NCBI GenBank assembly: GCA_903813345.2
Contig: CAIIXF020000001.1
Span: 8,804,001-8,868,000, forward strand
Length of the DNA: 64,000 bases
Direction: 5' to 3'
From: Owenia fusiformis
Lineage: Eukaryota
The notes under the pieces are model-generated. The model was not told the DNA's origin, did not search any database, and saw only the letters and a list, made by a program, of their open reading frames with translations. Both the position numbers and the translations under genes were made by a program. This document shows positions 36,201 through 49,886 of the stretch, in pieces (position 1 is the stretch's first letter; each line of letters opens with the position of its first letter).

Positions 36201-36815
36201 TGTCTCGATCATAAAAAAACTTCCCAGAATCCCCTATTTGGAGCATATTTTGAAAATGGCCATGAAATTGTGACCATTTGGGAGACCAATAAAAATTGGT
36301 AGAATGAAAGAACATTGAACAAGGTTTAATTGTGGTATTTATTTCAACCCATGATGAATGACTTAGTTTTTAACATACATGTACATTTGTTTGGGTTACA
36401 TTTTTGGCTCACCCTGTACTTATATGTTATGTAAATATCAGTTTTCAAAAGATAGCTACAAAGCAGATATCCAGGGCTGCATCTTCTATTTCTGTCAATA
36501 AACCATTTACTGAAATTAAATACAATTGGCAGCTTTCAAACAAACCAACGGTTTAACATAAAATGCCCTTTTTGTCATGTTTTGTACATGTTCTGAATGG
36601 ACCAATGAGCATTGCAAATCCATCACTGTTTCGGCACATGTGTTCTAAGTAATTGCCATAATCTATCAGAGCTCTACCCTGTGGTCATCATCAGCTAGTA
36701 TACTACACTCTGACTAAGCTCAATCATCTTACGGTTTGGTTTTCAGCCAATCAGATGTTACTGCAGAGCCATGCTGATATGTTTACATATACCATGATTC
36801 ATTGTCATTGATTAA

Positions 36816-39800
36816 TAGCGCAGTCAGATGTCCCTTTGGTAGTTCGACTTTTTCAGGAAAGCAACAAACTTGGCACAGTTGTAGAAACATATGATCTGAA
36901 TGAAAAATGATTTCGGGGCAATTGATTCGGGGTGGTCTTCATGGATTTTAAGCCTCTGACCCCCACCCCTATCAGGCGGGGAGGGGGTACATTATAATAA
37001 AATAAATAAAAATAGTTGTAAAGTATATTTCTTTAAATGACATCATTTGGTCATTGCTTTGACCCTTGAAATTGAGATAAACCTATTTCAGAAGTGGTGT
37101 TTAGGAAGGAAAATACATTTTAACCCAATTATCTAGCGTGAATTCATCTTTCAAAGGGTCAAATATAGGACATCAAGTACTGTATTTCAAGAATATGATG
37201 TCTGATCATCCTGAAAAAATTCATACTAATAGATATATTGATGTTTATCACTCATATGATATATGGCTTGTGTAGCTCATGTATTTTTTGAGAAATAAAT
37301 TATCGAAATTTGGATATTTAAGCCCTTGCGGCCTAGGGGTGACCTTATTTTACCTTAATAATTTTTAAGATACGCAATGTTTGGGCCTCATATGAATTCT
37401 AAATGTTGCATTAAGTATTGTTTTGTCATATTATTCCTAATTAGATGTAAAAAAATTATTGAAAATAAAAAAAAAATCAAATTTTCATTTTCGGTTCTAA
37501 AGGGCCAGGGGTAACCATATTTTACCCTAATAATTTCCCAGATATGTAATATATGCATCTCAAATTAGCTCAAGATGTTGCATATAGTTCTGTTTTATCA
37601 TACTTCTTCCAATAAGATGTAGAAAATGATCGGATATATCTAAAAAATCAAAATTTCCACTTAAGCTCTTGATGGCCCTGGGGTAACCTTATTTCACCTT
37701 AATAATTTTCTAAATATGAGACATAGTCACCTCAAATGAGCTTAAGATGGTATATTTAGTCCTGTTTTATCATATCATTCCCAAGGAGTGAAAAAATGAT
37801 TGGAAATTATAAGAAAATTACATTTTCATATTACACCCCTAATCCGCAACATCTTCTTGCAGCACTGTAAACAGTACTGAACAGTGCAGTCAGAGTACTG
37901 CACTATATAGCAAGGTACAATGCTATTCTAACACCATCTGTTTTGGACAGCGAAGTACAGTACTGTTTTTACAGCTCAGTACTGTTTTAGAAAACAGCTG
38001 TGTACAGTACTGTTTTTACAGCACTGTTTATGAAACCATGCTGTTTGATGCAGTTTGAGATTGGTAGTGTAGTTTATGATAGGTCAGGAATGACCTAATT
38101 TTACCTTAAAAATTTAAACAAAGATATATCATATTGTCTACTCAAATGAGCTCAAAATAGTGAATATAGTCTAGTTTTGTCATATTATTCCTACTGAGAT
38201 ATACAATAATGATTAACAGTTATAAAAAAAAAGAACCTCAACAGCCATTTATTCCTTTCTAGTACCAATGGCAATACTATCTAGTTTTATAGAACATTTT
38301 CTTAGATATGAAAATGTTTGATAAGTCCAGTTCATACTAGCACGAGTAGTAGCATTGTTAAGATTCTGTATATTATCATTTGAGTATAAATCCAAATCTA
38401 TAAAACCTAATCAAAGGAGTCACAATTTATGGATTCTGACAGTCTCTCCTACAGCTACATAGCTCAGAGCAAATCAGATCTGCTTTCAAACATTTGCATC
38501 TGTTCTCTTGACACAGGTATACCTACATTTTATGTTGTGGCCTCAGTATCAGCAGTGGGAGTAGGCCAGCCACATTCATGTGGTGATAGAAACTGTGGCT
38601 AAGAATGCATCAGAATGAATAAGGACTCTAGTCTTCTAATTTTAGGGTATCAAAAAAGATTTAAAGCTTTAGAACACTTGCGTAACCTCTGGGTACACCT
38701 GCTATTCCTGCAAATCAGTTGTCTAAGAGTAGTAGCAGAATGCATCTAGAGATTGTATGAAAAATGGTAAGGGCTAAACTTCGTTCATGGCCAAGTGGCC
38801 TTGAAATATCTAAGACAGGTCGTACATTCTGGAGGAATTTCCCCTTACCATAGGCCATATGCAATCCAAATTGACATTTTCAGCACAAGTTACTGCCAGT
38901 TTAAACCACACCAAAATCAACTGTATTGACTATGATTCTTATTAGGTCATGACAGAAGCAGTCTTTGGCACGCTTCTTCATACGAGCGAATGGTGATGGC
39001 AGATACTTCACTATCGGGCTAAGATATTGCATTACCTCATTGTGAGGTCACAATCTTCTTGCCATCTTCCTCCAGGGTTTCAGTTTTGATGCCTGGAAGG
39101 AAAACAGCTCCCTCTTGTTCCAACTATCTTAGGAAATCTTGCCAATTCCACAGAAGAAAATTAGTAGGATATACTTTCCTCACTGTTCCAGTTTTGTGCT
39201 GTTTGTATCTATGCTCATTAACATCAAAGTTGAATGACTAAGCTACATAGTAGATGCCAAAATAATAGACAGGGCATGAATAGTTAAACATGCTAACAGT
39301 GATATAAAAAGAAAATTGGGTGATTATGCAAATATGATATTACCCACGTAAAAGTCTGCAAATAGTTCATTGCCTTGATGTCAGCTGGAATGTTTACCAG
39401 GACACTAGCTTAAAGGGGCAACAAGGTCTGTAGAAGATTCAATTTTTTTACTTTTTCTGAGCTATCAGGGTAATATTTGGCTAAACATCTTCTTTGACAT
39501 ACCTATTTTCTTAAAATGTATGGATAAACTATCAATTTTAGCATTAAGAAGTGTAAATTTAGTTCAAAGCTTCTATAAAGGGAGGCCCACTTATAGATTT
39601 TTAAGATCCAAAACATTTCCAGAGGAATCAGCTGAAATAATGTTCATCCAGGGGGTTTCTTTGGAAAAAAATAAACATATATGTTAGTCTTGATGAAATA
39701 TCCAAACTTGAATATATTTTGACACTGGTCCATGATCGTTGAATCGTTTGCACTAATTGTTGCACCTTTAAAACAGCACTAGAGAGACTTGTGGAACTGG

Positions 39801-41846
39801 AACAAGGATAGTTTAAGGAGGAAACTGAAACCCTTGAAATGGATGGAAAGAAGATAGTGACCACATAAATTAAGGAGGCAATGCAATGTTTTAGCCCAAC
39901 AGTGAGGTTCTGCCCTTGCTCTTAAGAAGAAGCAGATTCAAGGATATTTCTCAATATTTTCAGTAAGACTGCTTCAACCATGGCCTTCAAGAGAAAGAAT
40001 AATACTCCTTACATTTAATTCTGATGTGGTTATCCTGGCATATATGTGATGTTAAAAACTGAAAAAGTCAATTTGGATAGCATATGGTAAGGGAGAAATC
40101 CTATCAATATCTACCTGCCCATGGCCAAAGTTTAACCCTCCCCATTTTTCATACAATCATTGGATGTGATGTTACATCTGTATTGTACTGCTATTGGTAG
40201 TGCTAAAATGGAATAAATGGATTGAGATTTAAATGTGTCACTGAGTTTTCTAATTGTTGTTAATCATTATCTCAATAGGAATTAAGTGAAAAACAGACTA
40301 TTTTCCCCATTTTGAGATCATTTTATCTTGACAATTAATAACATTTGGCATTCTTGTACCCAATCATTGACTGTCATTATTCACTGACAGAATCCTTGAC
40401 AGAAGCAGCTCACCTTAACCCCCCCCCCCCCCATCAGGCTAAGGTGACTGGACTTACTACCCTTTGCATTCATTCGACTTTCCTTCTCAAAAGAGAGCTT
40501 CGTCTTCACTATATCAGTTTTCAATAAATCTCTGAACTCACTGCGCTAATCAGAGTTTGTTGTCGAAATAAGGACGGCTTTCTATATGGTCATTTTCTCT
40601 GATGAAATCGCATCATTAATGTACACACATTTAGCACTTGTTCCTCAAGCTCGCTGATTGGTTGAGAATAGGTCAGCATGGTTTATTGCAGCTTGGGTCA
40701 TAAATGCTTTAAGACCCAAGCTGCCAATGGCATTGGTCATGGGGACGGGGCTGCTAAACTCACTCCATCCTTTGCTTCTATATTATGGTAATATATGATA
40801 AAATCACCTCTGACCTGTCAAAAGCTAAAGATGTCATTTTTCAAATTTCCATTATTTTTTACATCTCCTAAGGAATAATATGACAAAACAAGAGTATATG
40901 ACACAATTTTAAGCTCATTTGAGATGCATACGTCTCATAATTAAGAAAAGTCCAAGATTAAATAAGCCCCCCCCCCACAATCATAAGCTAAAATGAAAAT
41001 TTCTAATTTTAAGAAATGTCCAATCATTTTCTATATCTTATTGGAGGTATTATGATTAAACAGAACTATATGCACCATCTTGAGCTAATTTGAGATACAT
41101 ATATTACAAACCTTGAAAGTTATCAAGGTAAAATATGGTTACCCCTGGCCCTTCAGAAGTGATAATGAAATTTTTTTTTTTTTGAAAAGTTCCAATCATT
41201 TTTCAATCCAATTAGGAATAATATGACAAAACAAGACTCAATGCACCATTTTGAGCTCATATGAGACCCATACATTGCATATCTTAAAAATTATTAAGGT
41301 AGAATAAGGTTACCCCTAGGCCGCAAGGGCTTAAAAATTCAATTTTCGATAATTTTTATCTCAAAAAATACATGAGCTACCCAAGCCATATTCTATATTT
41401 GTGATGAACACCTATACCCCTATTAGTATGATTTTTTCCAAGATGATCAGACATCACATTCTTGAAATACAGTACTTGATGTCCCATATTTGACCCTTTA
41501 AAATATGAATTCACGCTAGATAATTGGGTCAAAATGTATTTTCCTCACTAAACACCACTTCTACAATCGGTTTGTCTCAATTTCAAGGCTCAGAGCAATT
41601 ACCAAATGAAGTCATTTAAAAAAATTTACTTCAAAACCATTTTTATTTATTTTTTATAATGTACCCCCTCCCCGCCTGATAGGGGTTGGGGTCAGAGACT
41701 AAAAAATCCATGAAGACCACTCCGGATCACTTGCCCCGAAATCATTTTCCACTCAGATCAAGTGTTTCTACAACTGTGCCAAGTTTGTTGCTTTCCTGAA
41801 AAAGTCGAACTATAAAGGGCTCATTTCTGGACATCTGACTGCGCTA
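36816..41846. mobile_element. Academ-like DNA transposon remnant with ~1-kb inverted arms
   Basis: Termini TAGCGCAGTCAGATGTCC / GGACATCTGACTGCGCTA with 3-bp TSD TAA (36813-15 and 41847-49). Internal relics: EEADSRIF, SDVVILA, FHTIIGCDVTS (XPG/PIN-like) and RCKCLKADLICSELCSCRRDCQN (CXC/Cys-rich). TAG ends, a short TSD and XPG plus Cys-rich domains fit AcademX. Confidence 0.82.
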
Positions 41847-44499
41847 TAAGGATTACAGGATCTGATTGGTTCACTAAGTCTAGAGGTTCATCTGCAATGT
41901 AAAGAGGGTGAGGAGTCTACCATTCTTACAAAGGGTCTCAGACCCAAAGAACATTTAATCAAGATCGGTGCCTAACAAGATAATTAAGAGTCTCTGATTC
42001 AATTAGGCAAAGGAAAGCACAAGAAAGAAGGATAATTGTAATTAATAGATACATTCCTTAGGACTTACAATAAATATTTAGTTTTTTTATGTCACTTCCG
42101 TAAGTTCTGTGGTGACATATTGTTACTGTCTCCAACTTTTTATGAACAGTGTGTTCGGTGGTTGGTGTTTGGCAGCCAGCATCTGTAACAAATGGCAGGT
42201 GATAACATTTTGCTTGTTTATGCCTTGTGTTTTACTTACTGCCATTATTCAATATTGTGACCAAGAACATACTTCACCAAGCACCAGTCAAGAAACCATT
42301 TAAAAACATTTTTACTCAATTATATATGTTATGTCAGTTACGATTGATTTTTCATTTTTTCTAGAAATTAAATGACATAACGAATTCAGAGAACAAATTG
42401 TAACATAATCATATTGCATTGTTTTTATATTGGTAAACACAGACAACAGACTGGTACTAGAATCTCATGTTTTATTCTCTTGACAAATCTATGGATGATT
42501 CTTCACTTGAATCAATATCAACACATAGAGAAACATGATTTTGTGTAAATATAAAGATATCTTGTTTGAACATAATTATAGAATTTTCTATCAGATTCTG
42601 ATTATGTTTTATTCATATTCGTTTGAGTGAAACGAATTATAATATAAATTATTTTTCCATATTACTACATATTACTATATTACTAGTGTAGCTTTAAGCG
42701 TTACGAAAGTCCTTGTAATTAAACCAACTTAATAAGAATAAAGTATTTAAAAAGAATTAATGTTTTGTTGTAAAGGAATTTGTTAAAAAATAAGCTTGCA
42801 TACTATAACATCAATTTTCAAAATAATATTGATGCATAATATTACAAATTCCTTGCACATTTCACCCAATGGCATCAGGGAATGGCCTGGATGTCAATTA
42901 ACCCTTGATTGGTAATCATATTTCAATAAATATATTTTCTCACAACTTTCAATCAAATTGATTATTGAATCACAGGGGAACCTTTTCATGTTTCTTACAA
43001 TAATAGACGAGGGTGGAATCATGGAAATAAAACCTAATAGAAACATTGTGATATAAAATATGATTACTGAAAGAATATGGTTATTAAATCAACATCCATC
43101 AAAAAATTGTTCCAACTTATTAAACCAACCCTTTTCCCTTAAAGTGAAACTTAACTGTTAATTTGCAAGTTTTGTGCCAACCAATTGCGAGTATACTGAA
43201 TATAAAACTTGGGAATACAAGAAATTCAAGTGATATAATATTACTCCAGAAATGCACATAATATTTCTTTTGTCTATATTTCTTAAGAAATAAGAAATGA
43301 GCTAAGAAAACATGACATTTTGGGGGTTTTAGTGTATTTAAAATTGATTCTTTTAATTTAACTTTTACTGTCCATGTTCAATTTTCTTACATTATTATAC
43401 ATTATATGACCTGAGTGAGTGAAGACACATCATGAGAATTCATCAGCTTGATGTAGTATGGCCAATGGCAACACCAGAAAATGTCTAAGAAGTCTTTTTA
43501 TATATCCTAAGTCCCAATCAATTAGTCACACTTACCTCTGACTATTAGAGATAATTATACCCTGTGTGCAGAGTCTAGTTATACACTAGAAAGATGATGT
43601 CAAGTTGAATGAATACAAAGGGTAGTTTGAATGTGAAATGAAAATAGACGGGTGGGATCAGAGACTTATCAAGACTAAGGTACTGTAAAAGCCCAAATTT
43701 TCAAGGTACCTTATTTTTCACTATTTTCGCTTAAGAGGGTAGACAGTGTAATTAAAGGCACAGTGAAAATTTGATTTAACATTGAATTCAATTGGATATA
43801 ATTTATTCAAACAGTGGAATTTAATGCCCATGAAACATTTCAGATTGACAAAATAGTGAAATTTTTAAAAAAGAAGTTTGACACAGTATGATCATACTAG
43901 AGTATGAGAAAAATATTCAATAAGGCATTAACATGCAAAATATCACCACCTGCCATTTTTTTACAGCTGTTGAACTCTAAACCTTGACCACCAGACATCG
44001 ATTGTCAAACACTATCCACAAAATGTTGGAGACTATAACAATATGTCACCACTTGTGGTGACATAACATTGTAAATCTTATAGCAAATTCTCGAGTCAGG
44101 TGAGAAGTATAATTATTTAAAATTCAGGTCATTCAAATGTGAAGTCTACTCTAAGCCATTATTGGTGCAAGGGTATTTCACTATATTTCATAGCTGCTGT
44201 ATAGCAGTGAGCAGTGAGCCCGATCTTGAAGGATGTTTCTTAGCATCCTTATGTCATTTCTTGGACCTCAAAGAAAGCAATTTATCCAAGTACAAATAAA
44301 ATTGACAGAATGTTCCTTACTGATGTGTCTGTTTAGGGATAGGACATCATAATGAAGACCATAATGCACTGAAATGTAGCATTAAATCTCCACAGAATGT
44401 AATTAAGGCGCTCTAATTCACTTATAGAATATTGGAAGTTGCATTAACCTTCTGATTTATTGAAGTTGATGCTCATTCTAACTTGAGATCAGGATGAAC

Positions 44500-44830
44500 A
44501 AAGATGTAAACTACATAATCATAGATGTAAATCTGCATAATCTGAGTTAAACTGTATAATCTTAGATGTAAAATTGCAAAATCATAAATGTTAAACTACA
44601 AAACCTTACATGTTAAGCTACAAAATATAGATTTTAAACTGCAGTCATAGATAGTTTTAAAATGCACAATAATTATATAAAATTCCATAATCTTGGATGT
44701 GAAATACAGTCATAGATGTTAAACCATACAATTTTTGACATAAAAATGTACAATCTTAATATACAAAGTTAAATTGCATAATCATAAATGTTTAACTGCA
44801 CAATCTTATATGTTAAACTGCAAAATTATA
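44500..44830. repeat. Degenerate ~21-bp minisatellite
   Basis: Repeated GTTAAACTGCATAATCATAGAT-like units. Confidence 0.75.
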
Positions 44831-44945
44831 AACGAAGACGTTTCAAATAGATTTCAAAAAAAAAATCAAAGTTAACATCTGATGCCAACAACCTTCAATT
44901 TTCAGATTTTTTACCAGCAGGAGTGTAAATTATTGGCAATATTTG

Positions 44946-46161
44946 TTAAATCAAGGGCGTTACAATACCCGGGAATTTATCGGTTCGTCCAGTACTTGTT
45001 TGTGATAGCGCCCTCTGTAGGTCACTGTGCTTATAGCCTACAGTAATACGGGGTAGGATATCGGGAATTCGGTCAGTTTCTATCCGTCGATTTCGCTATG
45101 AATTGAAGCAAGTGTGACCACTTTATCCACTTAAACAATTTGATAATTGATTAAATCTTTAAACAAAATCGATAAACACGTTATACACTTCCTATCTCCT
45201 TAGAAATTAGCATGTATTTATGGATTGTGTTTTCGAACAAGGCTCGACCCACCCCAATAGGGAAATCCTTATGCTAATTAGAATGACGTCATATTTTCCT
45301 GGGGAATCCTAGATTTCAAAGCCTCAGTCTGTTATTGTGTCAAATGTAAACGCTCTTGGGACGCTCTTTTGCAGACAGAAAATTGACAGATTAGCTTTTA
45401 ACTTTCAGCTTTGATGTTAAAATATTCTGTATTTCTACCGGACTTCTTGCTGAATATCATATAATGTTATAACTTGATTTGGACCATTGCTTGATTGATC
45501 ATTCTGAAATTTTGATTGTGATTCATGATTGATTGGCAAGAAAAAAGAATTCCTATTGTTTTCCAGCGAAGTCAAAATGTTACAGCATGAGTTATAATGT
45601 CGAGTTTGCATCATGTTAAATTCTGCTAGTGATTAGAAGTCCATGCACAAGCATACACATAAGAGACAAACACACCCAGGCTCCAGGCCGTGGATGGAAA
45701 TATAAAACTATTTAAGGCACAAACTGGTATTAATAGACCGATATGTAGTGTCTGCCATGTATTGAAGGTAAACCAATCTGTATTATTAATGTTTCTTCTA
45801 TCAATACATGGATTGTGCAATAGAAAAGCAATGGCACAATCAAAAATGTGCATATCAATCGTGAATATCTCTCGGTTCAAAGCTTATTTCCAACAGAATC
45901 GTGTCAAAATATGTGTCTGAGTAACAGTTATACATTATAAGATCGCAAACTCTTACCAATTATCAGCCGAATGGCTCATTTTCAACGAAATGTCCTTAAG
46001 ACAACAGCCCTGGGTCGCGCCTGAGACCAAAAACTACTTCAAATAGCCCTCCCCTAAATTATATTGGATAATCACATTTATGCGTGCGCGCGCAGCTCAT
46101 CCAATGAACGAAACGCCACTTCCCGCTGAAATCACCGAGTATTGATCTTTCCCTTGGTTAA
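44946..46161. mobile_element. Probable non-autonomous DNA transposon
   Basis: Imperfect TIRs TTAAATCAAGGG..CAATACCCGG / CCGAGTATTG..CCCTTGGTTAA around a CpG-richer interior. TSD not clean. Confidence 0.45.
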
Positions 46162-46460
46162 ATAGGATTTATGACAGTAGCCAGTGGCCTCACAAAATTA
46201 TATGTACTTCATGGTGTTCTACAGTATTTTTCTCGTCAACTTTTATGAATATGAGACAAAAATCCCATAACATCCTCATCATAGTAAAATAACAAATAGA
46301 TCCAACAATTGTTAAGAATAGAAATCATGCCCAAAGCAGTGTGTTTCATTTCCTTTGATAAACCTACCTTACAATGGTGTCATTTAAAAAAATAAGAATA
46401 CCCATCCACAAATTAACTGAAAACTCAGATTTTAGCTGTTTGGTAGGTAAATACATTAAG

Positions 46461-46930
46461 TAGTGTTGTCGCGATGTGCCATAATCATACATCGATGCAT
46501 CGGCAATTTTCAGTAGTAAACATCGATGCACATCGCGATGTACATCGAGAAAAAGTCCGAGAAAAGTGCACTGAAATACCGAACGATAATGCACTAAAAT
46601 ACCGAACATAACAAATTAATAAGAGTACGCTGGTACATCCGGGAACTTCTACAAACGGTGAAATGAAAGTAAAGTAAATTTCTTTAGATTAATGGTTCAT
46701 TTCGACTAGCTAAAACAGTTTTAAAGCGAAAGAATATCAGAAAACATTGGAAAATGAAATAAGACATGAGAAAGGTAAGCGATTTGCGTCAAAATAGAAT
46801 AAGAAAGGGTGATTTTTAGCAAATTTAATTTTTTGAAAAACATCAATGTTTTGTTTCAGACATCGATGCATCGCCAGAATCAGCTTTGGCGATGTATATC
46901 GCGATGTTTCGATTAATCGCGACAACACTA
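46461..46930. mobile_element. hAT-type MITE (470 bp)
   Basis: TIRs TAGTGTTGTCGCGAT / ATCGCGACAACACTA. Perfect 8-bp TSD ACATTAAG at 46453-60 and 46931-38. Confidence 0.92.
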
Positions 46931-49019
46931 ACATTAAGCACTGATATATACATACTACATGGTTATGAATAAGTGGAACCAAATAAAAGTAACTTACCAG
47001 CGATGTCTATCTTGATTATGACTTTTTATACATCTATAATATGATATGATCAGACTACACCTTATTGATTTACAACTAGCCAATGGCAGGAATTCATAAG
47101 CTGACAACTAGCCATCCAAATATTGACTTTTATGTTTGGTCTTTTGCCTCTAGCAAGGCCATTATCCAAAAATTAATTTACCCGATAAATCAATTAATAA
47201 AAAATGAAATTAATGTGTAAAATTTGCAAATAACTTTTTTCTTTTTTGGCCATGTCCATTTTCTAAATCAGCTGAGGAAATATATTAAATTAAATTAAAT
47301 ATTAAAGGCTTCGTTCTCAACTAAGTCAACTACACTCTTTCTAGAAACAATCTACCGGTAAATAGAAAAACTTATTCACTATAAAGCACCATCTTTATCT
47401 GTTTAAAGAGTACAGAATCGACTTCACATATGTTTGTATTGGTACTGTATGTACTGTAAAATCTACCAGATTCATATGTGATTCAAAATACAACAATTTA
47501 TTTATTTATTAGCCTTATCTCCACATTTAATTTGCAAAAACAAAATGAACATGATGCCCTCTTGGTATATTAAGCTTAATGGTGGTGACAGTGCTTTCCA
47601 AGCACTGTGTTACATTCAGTACCATCATATAATAACTATCCTGCCTGAGGTAATTGAAAATGATACACAAGTTTGTGGTTTAGAGAAGGGACTAATTGTA
47701 CTATATATTAGTCAAGGAGGGTGGACTCCCATGATTACCTCATGATATTTGTCAAGTGACGTCCAAAGAAATTTGACTTTATATCAAAGTAAATACCGTA
47801 TAAAAGTAATCTAAACTTGTGTTAGGTAGTCAAACCATAAATCACAATGAAAATTTAAGTGATAAAATAATACCGGTAATTGAAATTAGTTTTTTTGCTG
47901 AAATAAGATTTTTTTATACCCTGAAAAGCTGGATACCAAATACAAAACCCCTAGATTTGCTTACCTTTGAGCAATGTTCAATCCTGAGTTGTGCTATGTT
48001 GGCTGAGGTAGTATGTCAATGGATGGTGCTTTTGGTACACTTTCCTCACATCATGTCTGTAACAACAAGGCCATGCTTACTATCACATATTTATCCATTA
48101 GGTAATATTATGTAATCTGTTGATCAAGCACAAATAAAACACAAATAAAAAATTATAAAGATATTCAATGTCTGGGATATCACTATAATGAAAAAATTGG
48201 GCCAAACATTTTTAGGGGCCTATAAGTGGGCCTACTTTTTGGTTTAAGGGGCCGAAAGTTTTTTCCGCATTTTTTACTTGTGCGTTCCAAAATCTTCCCC
48301 TATCGAACATTGACTTGTTTAACCCAAGATTAGCATTATAGGTTCAATGAACTATGCTTTGTACATAGTAATTATTCACCTCTTTTGACCACCCTGTAAA
48401 TATTATCTATATTGTCCATTTATCCAAGTTACATCACATATAGATATTTTCATAATTTGATTTCCCATATCAGGTTAGCCTAGACATGGCTAAAGGTAAT
48501 CATGATTAGTATTACAATCATCACTTGTACTTGTATTGGTACATTAAGATGATGGCGATCTAGCTTATTTCAATGTGCAATAATAACAAGAGGTAATCTA
48601 AAATATGAACACTTCTGCCAATTTTCATACATCTGCACTTTAAAATTTGAAGTCTTTTTCCGAGCTATAGAATTTTGGGCTTCTATTTTCGTTAGAATTT
48701 CTAAAGATCTCAAACTCTCTGATAAGGACAATCCATATGTTTTCTCAAAATCGCAGGAAGATCTTAAGATTAACAATTACATTTTTAATGAACCGGAGAA
48801 AACAAAAGGAAAAGATTTTAACTTTAAATTTTTAAGAAAAAATCTTTAAGACTTTTTGTCAAGCGCCAAACGAGTGTAGCACACATAGCTTGGCAACATG
48901 GTTGGAGCAGAAACACTTGGTACTTAACAGCTTTAAAATCTACTTAGTTTTTAATTAATATTTTAGATCTTTTTTCATAGACTAATACGCAACATGGTCA
49001 TTAACATAAATATCACTTG

Positions 49020-49886
49020 TTTTTAACGAATATTTGGGGCCGAACGGGGATTAGCTGGCCGAATATTCAGTATGAGAATTTACTATTCGTTTCAGCCCTA
49101 ATTCCTACACCTGCACATGTTATTTTTTGGTACAGAATAAACTTTAAGTATGAAGGCATGTGTCATAGATCCCGGCCAGATTCTTTTGTAATAGGATCAG
49201 TAGCTCAATGAATATTCCTCCAGATGAGACACTAAAAACATTTCAAAATTTTAAATGACGATTGTGCAGCCTTATCCCGTGCCAGGACTATAGTCCTGTA
49301 ACGAGCGCATTCTTTTGCCTGTACAATTACAACTTGGGAGAATTATCTACGCCCCTTACACTTAAGATACCTACTTCAATAGATTCCTGGGTATTTTAGC
49401 ATTCTTTTCGTGTAGATGAATCCACACTTGTCTGGGTATATCGGCAGAACAAAGAAATTTTCGTTTTTGATCGCAATATTTGCGTGTAATATTTAACTTA
49501 TTCCAACCGTCAAATTCCTCCATTTTTGGTACTCCAAGCGCATGCGCTAAAAACCGAACCTAAAAACGAACCTGGCGCAGATTGCCTCTCATACAAACAA
49601 GTGTTCTTAACTTTATATTCAAGTATTTTACTCTTATGGATGCCACTGGATTAATCAGCAGTGCTCAGAGGTTACAAGTAAGACCTGCAGATGACTCTTA
49701 GGTGAGTAACCATGTAATCTATATCGGGATTGCCTTAGAATTGTGTGTGTTTTGGCGGGAGACTAAATCGGCGCGCATGCGCAGTCAATCGTTTAATATT
49801 CGAATACCACAAAATGCCATTCGAATATCACCTCAGATCTATTTGCAACCGAATACTCGAGTATTCGTTTCACCCCTAGTAGGAAT
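49020..49886. mobile_element. Rearranged hAT-type element ends
   Basis: TATTCGTTTCAGCCCTA (ending 49100) and TATTCGTTTCACCCCTA (ending 49878) lie in the same orientation. They are followed by ATTCCTAC and its reverse complement GTAGGAAT. Confidence 0.6.
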
